Positions 14,176 through 26,980 of a DNA stretch of 64,000 bases are shown here, piece by piece. The notes beneath the pieces were generated by a model. That model saw only the letters and a list, made by a program, of their open reading frames with translations. It ran no database searches and was not told the DNA's origin. The stretch's first letter is position 1. Every line of letters starts with the position of its first letter. Source of the stretch: Octopus vulgaris (lineage: Eukaryota); assembly GCA_951406725.2 (NCBI GenBank), contig OX597825.1:36704001-36768000 (forward strand), given 5' to 3'. Made by a program: the position numbers and the translations under genes.

Positions 14176-14807
14176 CATATACACACAACAGATTAAACTG
14201 TTGGAAAATAAAAATTCCTAACATCAGGCTGCAGCAAGTAACTTTAGATGCCAAGAACTCTCCTAAGTATTCAAGCTGTCCCTAATAACACTTTTTTTCT
14301 GGAGCTGTACTAAACTAGGTTTTATGCCTATTTCCTCCCTCCATCTGTTCAAATCTTTAGGAATAGTTCCTACTGCACCTATAACAACAGGGATACATTT
14401 TACCTGCACTTTCCATAGCTTCTGTACCACAATGGTAAGGTCCTGCAATTTTGCTACTTTCCCTATACCTCTCAAATCAACTTTCTCATCATTTGGGACA
14501 ATAAAGTCAATTATATGGCACCTACTATTCTCTTTATCTACTACTACTACTACTAAATCAGGCCTTTTAGCTTCTATTACTCTGTCAGTCTGAATGTTGA
14601 AGTCCCACAACATCTTATATTTCTTACTTTCTAGTACTTTACTAGGTTCATATTCATACCATTTATCAGTATGGTTAAATCCTAGCTTTCTACATAACTC
14701 CCAGAAGATTACTCTCCCTAGGTTGTCATGTCTTTTCTTGCATTCTTTCTGTGCCGCATACTACATACATTTACTATATGAGTAACACTTTCTTCTTTTG
14801 ATATACA
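14176..14807 (-). mobile_element. 3' fragment of a second R4/Dong-like RLE retrotransposon
   Basis: RHDNLGRVIFWELC and LWDFNIQTDRVIEAKRPDLVV...IID...PVVIGAVG; (AAT)n-like runs on both sides in element sense. Confidence 0.85.
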
Positions 14808-14824
14808 TTATTATCATCATCATT

Positions 14825-15147
14825 ATTATTTGGTAACAGTTTCACTCAACTCAATGCATCTTAAAGTTTCATAGGCTCCAGGTATCTGGAGAGCAAATAA
14901 CGAGACAAGAGAACTACCTACCAATATCCTGTCCCACCACATGGGCCTAAGAACCGAGAACTTATGTTGCTTCCATACCAATAACACCATATAACCTGAG
15001 TGACTATTACAGGCCTAAAACCTAGAAGCCATCTTGAAGTATTATCAATGTTACTTGATCTTCAGATGTCTTGTGAGTTAAGTTTGTTCTATGAGTCTAT
15101 GAAACTTTAAGTTGCATAGGGTTAAGTCAAACTATTATTAAATAATA
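14825..15147. mobile_element. Small element with ~55-bp terminal inverted repeats
   Basis: TGCATCTTAAAGTTTCATAGGCTC versus GAGTCTATGAAACTTTAAGTTGCA at the two ends. Confidence 0.65.
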
Positions 15148-15207
15148 CATGTAACTATCAAATGTGTTGAGTGTCACTTTCTTTCGCTTATCCATCTTAC
15201 TCTCATA

Positions 15208-15246
<39 letters not shown>

Positions 15247-15249
15247 ATA

Positions 15250-15648
15250 TAGATGCAGGCATGGCTGTGTGGTAAGAAGTTTCTTTCTCAACCACATAGC
15301 TTTTGGGTTCAGTTCCACAACACAGCACCTAATGCGTCTTCTACTATAGCCTTGAGCTGACCAAAACCTTCTGAGTAGATTTGATAGATCAAAACTGAGA
15401 GATGTTTGTCACATATTTGTGTGTGTGTGTGTGTGTGTGTGTATTTGCATTTATTCTGCACAACAGCTTGACAACTGGTGTTTATTTGTATACATCCCTG
15501 TAAGTTAGTGCTTTGGCAAAAGAAACAGTCTGCATAAATACCAGACTTAAAAAAAACAAACAAAAAGAAAGTGCTGAGGTCAATTTGTTCAACTAAACCC
15601 TTCAAGGTGGTGCCTCAGCATGGCCACAGTCCAACAAATGAAACAAAA
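15250..15648 (+). mobile_element. SINE family D
   Basis: GCAGGCATGGCTGTGTGGTAAGAAG head, internal (GT)n, CAGCATGGCCACAGTC tail. Confidence 0.8.
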
Positions 15649-16608
15649 TATTAACACCCACTCACATGCACACAATTTTGGAGGTGTATTTTCCAGGCAA
15701 ATGATTTGATATTTGATCTGAGATTGTCTGCTGAAAGTAAAACAATTACAGCATAGAAGACATACATTAACCATTTCAAAACACACAAAGACTGTCAACT
15801 TTACTGAAGCTTTTGACAGTTTCAATAAAGTTGATAGTCTCTGTGTGTTTTTTAATGGCTAATATAAGTTTTCCATGTTGTAATTATAAATAATGTATTT
15901 TAAGCTGAAATTTCATAGATCATGGCAGAGTTTCACATTTTATTGATCCTACAGCAATTGAAAATTAAAAAAAATGGATCAAAATATCATATATATGAAA
16001 TAAGAACCCAATAGTTAAGTTCCAGAAAAGATCTCATTGAATTATTCAAAGGCTAACACCTAAAGTATACAGCTGATACAAATTCAAATGAAGTTCATTT
16101 TAATTTTAGACATTATTTGAGATTTAGAAACAGATAAACACTCTCCTTTCAGGAAGCCAAATAAGAATTAATTACAGTACATAAATATTGTTTCAAATCA
16201 TCCACATGCTATTATTAATTTAGTGAAAATGTATACAGCTATCCAGTATATGATCAATCAACCTTCAAGAAAGCACCCTTTTATTATAATGAAGGGGTGA
16301 GATGCAATGGTTTTAAGAATACAATTAAATCATAAATTACAACACTAATTGTCAGAAATGGAATAAAGGAAAACATAAAACTCTTTGATTTAATGCTCTA
16401 TTCAGTCTCAATGAATACCAAACTGGTTGAACATTTCTTATTAGATAAGTATTTTCTGAAAAATTATAAATACCATACAATTTTAAAAATAAGAATTAAA
16501 TTATAGTTGAGGACGTAATTCCGCTACAGAAAAAAGCAAACATTGGTAAAAACCTTAAATAGTTATCTATACAGTAATTAACAGCCAATTCTTGTTTGTG
16601 TAATTGTT

Positions 16609-16840
16609 TTATCCCTTTAGTTACTGTATTTATTTTGAGATGCTCTGTGTTTCTTTCATTACTTTAAATATAACAAAGAATTTAGTAAAATAACCTAGTT
16701 ATCATTCAGCTAGTGTTAGGAGGAACATAAAATTGTGACTACGATTTGGTGGAAGATTTTAATTCAAAACTTATAAAAACAAGACATTTGTACTGAGAGC
16801 CAGAGCCGGTTTCAGTCGGGTTGGTAACGAAAGGGTCAAA
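16609..16840. mobile_element. piggyBac-type MITE (family B)
   Basis: CCCTTTAGTTAC ... GTAACGAAAGGG termini; reverse copy at 21983-22203, relatives at about 33820-34384 and 47690-47923. Confidence 0.7.
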
Positions 16841-17203
16841 TTGATTTAAACTTGTAAGTTTCTCATTAAATAATTTGTCTTTCAAACTGATAGCTTATTG
16901 TTAACATCAGGATATGGTAGATGATGCACTTGTCAAATGATGATGCACTGTATCATTCTCTACTGAAATTGGCTGCCCAGCCCTTCCATCTAGCTCCTAC
17001 AGTTTCAGAGGGGGAAAAGCATCTCTGATGTTTATTTCCTCTGAGAAAGTATTATACAATTAATAATTCAGTTTCTAAGGATTATCTTGGATTGACTAAA
17101 AAATCCTTTTGAGTTAAGAATCTGTCAACATGATACTTTCAAAAATCATGAAACATCTTTGGACCAAAATTTACCCAAATGCAACTGGTCTTTAAGAAAT
17201 AAT

Positions 17204-17416
17204 CCTTTCTATTATAGGCACAAGGCCTGGAATTTGGGGGAGGGGAATAGTCAATTACATCAACCCCAGTATTCAACTGGTACTTATTTTATTGACCCTG
17301 AAAGGACGAAAGGCAAAGTCAACCTCAGCAAAATCTGAATGCAGAACGTAAGGACGGACAAAATGCTGCTATGCATTTTGTCTGGTGTGCTAATGATTCA
17401 GCCAGTTCACTACCTT
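17204..17416 (-). mobile_element. SINE family C with target-site duplication
   Basis: GTCTTTAAG(A/G)AATAAT on both flanks. Confidence 0.85.
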
Positions 17417-18143
17417 AGTCTTTAAGGAATAATGAAACCAGAAACTAAAAATATACTCTTATGACTATCAGCCCTTCCTGATTATTTGCTTCCACACACT
17501 CTTCTATTCACCTTCTGAAACATATTACCTCGAGGGTACATTTTGGAACCTCTCCACCTCCGTATTTACCTATCTTTCTGGTATCACTCTGGCCTCTCCA
17601 CATATGTAAAATGAAAGGTAGCTATGAATCTACTTCACCAACAATAAACCTGTCCTTGCTATTCTCATCATACTTTAATCTTTCAACACCTTACATAAAG
17701 TGACCACCCTATTTCTATTCTTTCTCTCTGTCGAGGGATGGGGTGTGCTTTCTGGTCCTGTGAGTTACAAGGTCACTTCACTAGTGTGTGGGTAACATGC
17801 AAAAAAGTGTACCAAGTACATGCTGTGAAGTCATTGACATTAGAAAGGTATCTTGTCATAGAAACCTTGCAAAAACAAGAGCAAAACATGATCCTCCAAT
17901 CCAGTGGATCCCATCAAAGTGACCAACATGACAGCAGAGAAAGTGAAGGTAAGGTGATGATGATGATATGATGATGATGTGTGTGTGTGTGTGTGTGTGT
18001 CAACAGGTGAGGGCTGGGGACAAGAAAGTGACAATCCAGCCATAAAAAATGTTCAACAAATTTCGTCAGACCCATGCCTGCTTGAAAAGTAGATGTTAAA
18101 TGATTATAATGGTTATGATATACACACACACTCACATATATGA

Positions 18144-18182
<39 letters not shown>

Positions 18183-18292
18183 TATATAGATTGCATGTGT
18201 GCACAGACACATGCACACAAATTTCTAAACAAGCTTACTCTACATATACGTTCAAGCATATGTATAGGAGTATCTCTCTCCCTCTTTATATA

Positions 18293-18630
18293 TATATCAC
18301 ACACACATAAAAGAGATGACCTGTAAGTGGACATCCATTATGCTAGAAGAAGATACGCTACGGTCTTACCACTAAGAAAAGAATGTTCTCAAGAGAATTT
18401 AGCTAATGCCAGAATGTAAACAAGCAAGACAAATGAAAAGATACAAAATATAGATAGAAAATATAGAATCTATATTTTGTATCTTTTCATTTGTCTTACT
18501 CATTTACATTCTGGTGTTTACTAGATTTTCTTGATAATATTCCTTTCTTAGTGGTAGGGCCATAGCAGATCTTCTTCTAGCATAATGAATGTCCACTTAC
18601 AGGTCATCCCTCTTATATGTATGTAATATA
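18293..18630. repeat. Long imperfect palindrome (~160-bp arms, 12-nt spacer)
   Basis: GATGACCTGTAAGTGGACAT...GAAAAGATACAAAATATAGAT mirrored by ATCTATATTTTGTATCTTTTC...ATGTCCACTTACAGGTCATC. Confidence 0.9.
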
Positions 18631-19618
18631 ATTTTTTTCTGAAACTTCAGGCTTTTCAATATGCTACACCACTGGTTTTAAATTGATATTAATCAAATAA
18701 ATATTCAAGTTATCACCCTTATTAATAAAAATTTTTCTATATATATATATATATATATATTATATATGCTGATGTCTAAGAATATACATACACAGATAAA
18801 ACACATAGAATAAGTGTCCCATCATCCCATCAGCCACCTTCTCACCTTTCTCTCACACACACATACGTATCCACATTCTTTACTATGATTATATTTATCC
18901 TTAAATTAAAACAAAAAAAATGTATATAGTGCACTGGATCAATATTTCTCTATAGTTTAGAATTATGGACTTTAAAGACAACAACAAAAACAACTACTAC
19001 TACTACTGAAACAATAACAACAATCCTTGTTGGTTCAGCCAGTTAAAAGATGCTCTGAAGACAGCCCCCACCACACACACACACACACACATACTCTAGC
19101 CAAATCTGAGTTAAAAGCAATTGAGATAATGTTGAAAGCTTCAAGCAACTCCCACCACATTCACCCTGACTCTCCACACACTTTTAACAAATAGTGACGA
19201 TGCAGAATGCAGAAACAGACAGACCCACGCACAGACGCAGAGGTGATTGATGGATGGAAATGGATGGAGGAGATACATGTGAGTGGTTGCCGGACAGCTA
19301 ACTACATCCTTTCATCTCCATCATAAGTCAATAAGTAAGCTTCTACATGGTGTCCAACCAGCTAGAAATAGCAGCCAAATTTCCATCAATTCATACTTTA
19401 CTGTCCTGAAGAAAAAGGACATTTTTGGATAACATAGTCCAGCAAACAGCATTCTAGAAGAATAATAGATGAGATGAACACAGTAGGAAATCATCCTTGA
19501 CACTGGTCTGTTCAACCAAGACTGAGAATGGGTTAACTGTTTAGCATTTAAACTAGCTATGTCTGGCCCAAATATCCTACCTCTTTTATGTTTAAACCAG
19601 CCAAACCTAGTTTCTCAT

Positions 19619-19710
<92 letters not shown>

Positions 19711-20654
19711 TATAAGAATGATAAAAAAGACAGAAAAATGGGGAGAGTATATGTGGGCTGTAATCTACAGCATATGGCAGAGAGCACTGTAGATGTGTTT
19801 GCAGAAAACATGGTTTCTATCAAGTGACAAGATCTTGGTCTTTGACTAAAAATCAGTTGAAGGTTCCTATAAACAATAGCTTTCTTTGTTTGCTTTCTCA
19901 ATCAACCCAGACCTATTATCAAAGGTACTCCTGCTGTAACCCCCTATAAATTTTCTTTAGGTTATATTTTATCTATATACAAGATTAAATGTATCATTTG
20001 ATTTTTAACCATGATAGGTTGTGAATTGAGGTAGACTTGGCTGCTATTCTTAATAAGTCATGTGAATTTGTATAAGAAACTTTTGGTGTATGTGAACTAT
20101 TTTGCAAAGAAACAGTGCCTTTAACATTGGTTGCAGATCGGTGACCCTGACTTTCCTCATCAGAAGGATCAATAAAATAAATATCTGAAAATGGAGTGAG
20201 ATTGATATAATCAACTAAAAAGTTTTGGTCCCTGCATGATCACAGTCCAATAACTAAACACTCACTGAACATTGTCTCATATTTGTTTCACTGCATGAAA
20301 AAGTCATAAGATGCAAACATGGCCACATTTACCTCTCATATCAACCAAAGTAATAATGATTTCAAATTATGGTAAAGGCCAGCAACTTCAGGGGAGGGTG
20401 TAAGTTGATTACATCAACCCAAGTGCTCAACTGGTACTTATTTTATCGCCCCCCACCCCCTCAAAGGTAGTCAACCTCAATGGATTAATAATAATATTGG
20501 TTTCAACTTGTGGTACAAGGCCAGCAATTTCAAGGAAGGGAGTAAGTCAATTACAATGACCCAGTGCTTTACTGATACTTATTTTATTGACCCCTAAAAG
20601 GATGAAAGGTAAAGCAAACCTTAACGGAATTTGTACTCAGAATGTAAAGACAGG

Positions 20655-20958
20655 TGGAGGCACATGGCCTAGTGGTTAGAGCAGCAGACTTGTGGTCGAG
20701 GGATTGCAGGTTTGAATCTCAGACCGGGCGATGTGTGTGTTTATGAGTGAAATACCTAAGCTACACATGGCTCCGGCAGAAGGTAATGACGAACTTCTGC
20801 TGACTCTTTCGCCACAACTTTCTCTCACTCTTTCAGCCTGCATCTTGCAGCTCACCTGCGACGGACAGGCGTCCCGTCCAGGTGGGGAACCTATACACCA
20901 AGGAAACTGGGAAACCGGCCCTATGAGCCAAGCTTAGCTTGAGAAGGAACAAACAAAC
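20655..20958 (+). mobile_element. tRNA-derived SINE (family E) nested in a family C SINE
   Basis: A box TGGCCTAGTGG, B-box-like GGTTTGAATC, (AAAC)n tail, 14-bp TSD AATGTAAAGACAGG; close copy at 46913. Confidence 0.9.
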
Positions 20959-21601
20959 AATGTAAAGACAGGCGAAATACCACTATGCATTTTGCCCAGC
21001 ATGCTAACAATTCTGCCAGCTCATTGCAACGACAACAACAACAACAATAATAATAATAATAATAATAATTCTAGTTAAGTACAAATATTTTATTACTTTT
21101 TCCCCTCATCACATAATCACTTCTGGTTAGCATTCCCTCCATTAGCTTAATTATTGCTTATTCATATGATGTTGTTTATTTATAAAACAATCTTATTTTT
21201 CTTATGTCAACTAATGCACAAATTTGTACATTTATTTAGTGATTTTCCTATCTCTATTTTACTAAGTATGGCAAAATGTTTGCTTCACCAAAGATGCAGC
21301 CAGTGTTGTCTATCTACTCATCAAAATGAATTATCATACAATAATATCAGTCACTAATTGGGTTTTTCCTTCACTACATAAATTATTTCTCATTAACATT
21401 TTTACATGACACTGGTGACCTTGCCAATGCTAGTGCCACATAAAAAGCACCTAGTACACTCTGTTAAGTGATTGGTATCAGAAAGAGCATTCAGCTGCAG
21501 AAACTATGCGAAAACAGTCAGCAGAGTTTAGTGCAGTCTTCTGACTTACTAGTTCTGGTCGGAAAACAGATACTAAATGATGGTGATGATTTCTTGGATT
21601 G

Positions 21602-21770
21602 AACACTAACTTAACTATTATTTTTCATTAACACTTTATGCTCCCTGAATAAAATATGTTAACACTAACTTAACTGTTATTTCCAGCTAATTTTTTAATG
21701 CTATTTGTATTGAATTTGTTAACACTAACTTAACTATTACTTATCATTTACTCTTTAATATTCCTTGCAT
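21602..21770. repeat. ~60-bp tandem repeat, 3 units
   Basis: AACACTAACTTAACT at 21602, 21661 and 21721 with diverged remainders. Confidence 0.8.
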
Positions 21771-22203
21771 TACCCCTTTAGCATTTAAATTGACCATATG
21801 CAGTCAAAATATTCTACAGGTTTAATGTTCAAACTGGCCAGATCTGACATCTTACACCTATCCTACAATGTCATCTTGAACATAAGCAATCACCTCGTTG
21901 AAATCTCAAGTTACAAGATAATGCAGGATAAATTAAAAAAGATTGTGAATAAATACACATTACAATAGAGTAACATGAACACTTAACCCTTTTGTTACCA
22001 ACCCAACTAAATACAAATGTATTCTGAGTACAAATGTCTTGTTTTCATAAGTTTTGAATTAAAATCTTCCACTAAACCTTAGTCACAATTTATGTTCCTA
22101 ACACTAACTAAATAAGTTATTTTACTAAATTCTTTGTTATGTTTAAATTGAATTGAAAGAAACACAGAGCGTCTCAGAATAAATACAGTAATGAATAGGT
22201 TAA
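21770..22203. mobile_element. MITE A with MITE B inserted at a TTAA near its end
   Basis: CCCCTTTAGCATTTAAA start; TTAA-CCCTTTTGTTACC at 21983 through ATAGG-TTAA at 22203. Confidence 0.7.
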
Positions 22204-22515
22204 AGACAGAATATATCTACACTTGAAATACAGGGTGACTGTGCTTAGCAGTGATGTGTATAAATACAAGGTCAGTGCTAGTTCAAACATACTTGAGTCA
22301 TATTCAAACCTATAAGAAAGCCATACACTAATTTTTGTCATGGAGAAAATTTCTTACTGTTGATAAGTATTTATATCTAGTTGTCTCCAACATATTTGAA
22401 CAAGCAACATGTTTGTATTAACAGGTAACAAGTTTGTATTATCTCAATACAGCCAGGAGGTCTCCAAAAAGCATGAAGAACCTCAATGAGGCATGAAGAA
22501 TTTAATGTTTTATTT

Positions 22516-22754
22516 CACTGGTTCTCAACTGGGGTCCACACAAAACTTTGCTGTTAAAATTTATGTACATTAAATTGGTCTTACTTCTACAACACACAAA
22601 ATATTTTAACAATTTTTTTTTTATACAATTCCTAAAAATATTCAGTTATAAAAATATAATGGGAGTTTTTTAAACATTGAATGTTTATTACGACTTGGTA
22701 GAGTAAAACAGAAATCAAAAGGGTCCACATGCAAAATATGGTTGAGAGCCACTG
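22516..22754. mobile_element. hAT-type MITE
   Basis: CACTGGTTCTCAAC ... GTTGAGAGCCACTG termini; related to 29378-29738. Confidence 0.7.
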
Positions 22755-22782
22755 CTATATTCAGAGATACTTTAAAACATAT

Positions 22783-23087
22783 TCTTTTACTTGTTTCAGT
22801 CATTAGACAGTGGCCATGCGGGGGCACCACCTTGAATGAATCACCCCCAGTACTGATATTTTTAAAGCTTGGTGCTTATTCTATTGAACTCTTTTGCTGA
22901 ACCACTAAGTTACGAGAACAAAGGCACACACAAACACACATATATATATAAATGATGGGCTTCTTTCAGTTTCCATCTACCAAATCCACTCACAAGGCTT
23001 TGATCAGTCTGAAGCTATAGTAGAAGACACTTTCCCAAGGTGACAATGCAGTGGGACTGAACCTGGAACCATTTGGTTGAGAAGCAA
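22783..23087 (-). mobile_element. SINE family D
   Basis: Homology to other family D copies. Confidence 0.8.
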
Positions 23088-24009
23088 ACAATTCCTAATA
23101 ATAATCAATTATAAAAATATTATGTAGATTAAAATAAAAACCAAATGGATCCATAGACACAAAAAAAAAAATGGTTGAGAAGCACTGCTTTATTCAGAGA
23201 TACTCAAAACATATGTTGACAGAATATGAACTTATGACCCAAGAGTAACCAGTAGATCAGGTCATTCTGTGTGTACACACAGACAGACTCACAGACCTAC
23301 AGTCAGAAGTAATAAGATTCAAACATGTTTATTGCTGAACCAGAGAGCTTTGTATCCCAAATCCTCCACCCACTAGAATTGTCTGAAGAAGAGGTCAGAA
23401 GAGTTGGGATGTGTGCTTGTGTAAACAGAGATAATTAAAACAATCCTTTTTCCCTCGCACTTATCACATCACATTTTACACACACACGCGTGTGTGTATG
23501 TACGCACAGATACAATAACAGACACAAAAAGTAAACTCATGCAATAACACACACACACACAAACATATATATATATACACATACACACATGCATACAATC
23601 ATATAATATCACACAAGCACAAAGAGGTGCATCAAATACACAGATATAGATACAACACTGACACAGAAAGGCAATAACTCACACAAGCCCACACACAGAG
23701 ATACACAATAACTCAAATGAAGTTATTTTACACCGAACTGTTCTACTGAAAGCACACAATAATAAAAAAACTGCTTTCCAACAGGTAACATATGTTGCAA
23801 ACATTATAAAGAGAACTGGCCAGGAAGTAAATTTAAGCACAATGCAAAACAAATATCAATAATTGTTCTCATAGCACCAGCTTAGTTGGAACACAACCCC
23901 GCCGGTCTCATTTACAATCATATATTTGTATCAACACTCAACACTTAAAAAAAACAGAAAAACAAAATGCTTACATGTAAATATATGCGTGCATACACAT
24001 TAACACATA

Positions 24010-24393
24010 CAGGCTTGCATGGCTGTGTAGTAAGAAGCTTGCTTCCCAACCACATGATTTCAGGTTCAGTTCCACTGCATGGCACATTGGGCAAGTGTCT
24101 TCTTCTATAGCACCAAGTTGACCAAATCCTTGTTAGTGGAATTGGTAGAAGGAAACTGAAAGAAGCCCATCATGTATATATATATAAACGTGTGTGTGTG
24201 TGTCTGTTCACCACTCCACAGCCTGAAAACTGGTGTTGGTGTGTTAACATCCTCATAACTTAGCAGTTTGGCAAAATAGAATGACAGAATGAGTACCAGG
24301 CAACAAAAAAGTACTGGGGTCAATTCATTCAACTAAAAGTTCTTAAAGTTGGTGTTCCTGTATAGCTGCAGTCTAATGACTGAAGCAAGTAAA
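24010..24393 (+). mobile_element. SINE family D
   Basis: Head GCATGGCTGTGTAGTAAGAAGCTTGCTTCCCAACC; tail ATGACTGAAGCAAGTAAAA. Confidence 0.8.
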
Positions 24394-24679
24394 ATACACA
24401 CACATACACATATGCATCAATCACAAGTCCACATCATTATACATGCATGATGGCAGGATCAGAAAAGTTTAAGGTAAAAGAACTTGTGCTATGCAACTAT
24501 CTTTTACATTCTGGGTTCAAATCTCACTCAAGTCAACTTTGTCTTTAATCTTTCTGGGTTAATATGATATAAATACTAGTGCTAACACTCCCCTTGTTCT
24601 GACATCATATAATGGTTCTCAACAAGCATTACCATCATACAAGCAAAGTTGTTTGTTTCTAGTCTACAACGGGAAACAT

Positions 24680-25012
24680 AGTGTGAAGGCGCATGGCTTA
24701 GTGGTTAGGGCATTTGGCTCACGATTGTAAAGTTTTGAGTTTGATTCCCGGCGACGCGTTGTGTCCTTCAGCAAGACACTTTATTTCACATTGCTCCAGT
24801 TCACTCAGCTGGCAAAAATGAGTTGTACCAGTATTTCAAAGGGTCGGCCTTGTCACACTTTGCGTCATGCTGAATCCTTCTGAGAACTATGTTAGGGGTA
24901 CACGTGTCTGTGGATTGCTCAATCACTTGCACGTTAATTTCATGAGCAAGCTGTTCCATTGATCATATCAGTGGGGACCCTCGTCGTCGTAATTGGCGGA
25001 GAGCTCCTTACT
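24680..25012 (+). mobile_element. tRNA-derived SINE (family F) nested in another SINE tail
   Basis: GGCGCATGGCTTAGTGGTTAG A box, GAGTTTGATTCCC B box, 11-bp TSD ACGGGAAACAT. Confidence 0.85.
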
Positions 25013-25457
25013 ACGGGAAACATGTCAGGCCATGGGAAATGTTACCTTGCGTGGAAATAGATAGGGGTTGGCATCAGAAAGGGCATCTGACAGTAGAATA
25101 TCTGCTTCAACAGATTCCGTCTGAACCATCCAATAATGGAAAAGTGGAGAGTAAATGACGACAATGGTGATGATGAAGTAGAAGAGTTGATGCCATTGAC
25201 AAATATCCTTGAAATGGGTACACCAGCATTACCATAGTCCAATGAATGGAACCAGGAAACGATCTAAAAATGAATGCCTGTGTGTTGCCTGTACACACAC
25301 ACATTGGCATAGAATCCATTATTTGTGTGTGGAGTAAATTATAGAAACAATTATGAAAGTAAAATAGAGATAATGACATTGGTGATATATAGAGAGACAC
25401 AGATAAAGTTAATCTGATGGTAGAAGTATGATTAATTAGGTTACAGAGAGAGGGAGT

Positions 25458-25496
<39 letters not shown>

Positions 25497-25974
25497 CACA
25501 CAGTGAGAAAGTGAAAAATAGGTATCATAACATAGTGGTCAATGTGTAGGTGTAGGATCAATGAGACAATAAGATGAACTCTGAAAGTGTAATTAGGTAA
25601 TCAAGACCGTCGTCACACCATCTGTCTATCACACTAACTGTTTCTATCAGACTTTTTCACACACATTATCTTTCTTGCTATCTATCTTAATACATATTGA
25701 AGTGTTTCTTAATGATTATGAAAGTGACTGTGAGTAATTAACAATCTATAAGTATCCTTTTCTAAACTATAATACTGGAATGAAGATTGTCAATTTCACT
25801 CTCTCTCACTGGATTTGCTTAGTGCAAGGTCTTGTGTGTATGTAATGTGTGTATCTAATATGTAAGTATTGATTTGTATGCACATAAGTGCATGTGTGAA
25901 GTTTCTACAGTATGAGAAAACCAACAAACAAAAATAAAGACTGACACAACCTTTTATATTAAGAGATCTTTTGT

Positions 25975-26372
25975 TTTTTACTTGTTTCAGTCATTAGAAT
26001 GCTGCCATGCTGGGGCACCACTTTGAAAAATTTTTATTAAAATAAATCAACTCCACTATTTCATTTTTTTAAAGCCTGGTACTTATTCTATCAGTCTCTT
26101 TTGCCAAACTGCTAAGTTACAGGGACATAAACACATCAAAACCAGTTGTCAAGCAGCGGTGTTAGACACAAAGACACACGCATAAAATAGACACGAAGAC
26201 ACACACACAGCAGGCTTCTTTCAGTTTCCGTCTATTGAATCCACTCACAAGGTTTTGGTTGGTCTAAGGCAGTAGGAGAAGAGATTTGCCCAAGTTGCCA
26301 TGCAGTGGGACTGAAACTGGAACCACGTGGTTGGGAAGCAAACATCTTATCACACAGCCACGCCTGTGCCTA
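25975..26372 (-). mobile_element. SINE family D, near full length
   Basis: Homology to other family D copies. Confidence 0.85.
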
Positions 26373-26778
26373 CGTTTAGAATCTTTTGTTACGTTCTTAT
26401 CATGCTTCCCCAACTGCTACAAATGTAGGTTATCTGTGTTCACATTGCCAGATATTAGCCAGAAACCATAGTATGAGTGTAATTACAGTCATTAAACAAA
26501 TTATACTTAACAAGACTCTACAAGTGTGCATACCGAGCACTTTAGTGTTAAACCCAGAAAAAACATACTTCTACACCATATATAAGGTTTAAAAAGCAGA
26601 TAGAAATTTGGGATATATAACTTTTTAGATATGTTTTAATGTCACTAGATTATACTAATTACAAACTGTTCTTGTGTTGAGGAATTTTGTGTAACACAGA
26701 AGCATATTCCAAAGTAAATACTTTGTACAATAAAAAATAAAATGGAGAAGATTGAAATGGAAACATCTCTTAAGGATG

Positions 26779-26980
26779 TTAATGCTTTAGCATTCAGATT
26801 ATTCAATCAAATGTAATGTTTATTTATTCAGATTGTTTTGAATTATCGATGTAATTATTTTAATTTTAGAATGGCATTGTTAGGGTAGAATATGCGAGAG
26901 GCTGGATCTGGTCAGTTTGAATATAAAACAGATAAAATATTTGGGCCTAGATATGGCTGGTTTGAATAATCAAGGGTTAA
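26779..26980. mobile_element. MITE family A
   Basis: TTAA-TGCTTTAGCATTCAG ... AAGGG-TTAA. Confidence 0.75.

Noticed and set aside
20150-20165. CTGATGAG-GAAA on the minus strand as a hammerhead
   Set aside because: No room for stem II and no supporting stems
20655-20730. Possible tRNA genes (also 24688, 36030, 40719, 46915)
   Set aside because: They are heads of multi-copy repeats with degenerate cloverleaves, several with TSDs
21602-21770. CRISPR-like repeat/spacer appearance
   Set aside because: Only 3 units, the spacers resemble one another, the context is eukaryotic and there are no cas genes
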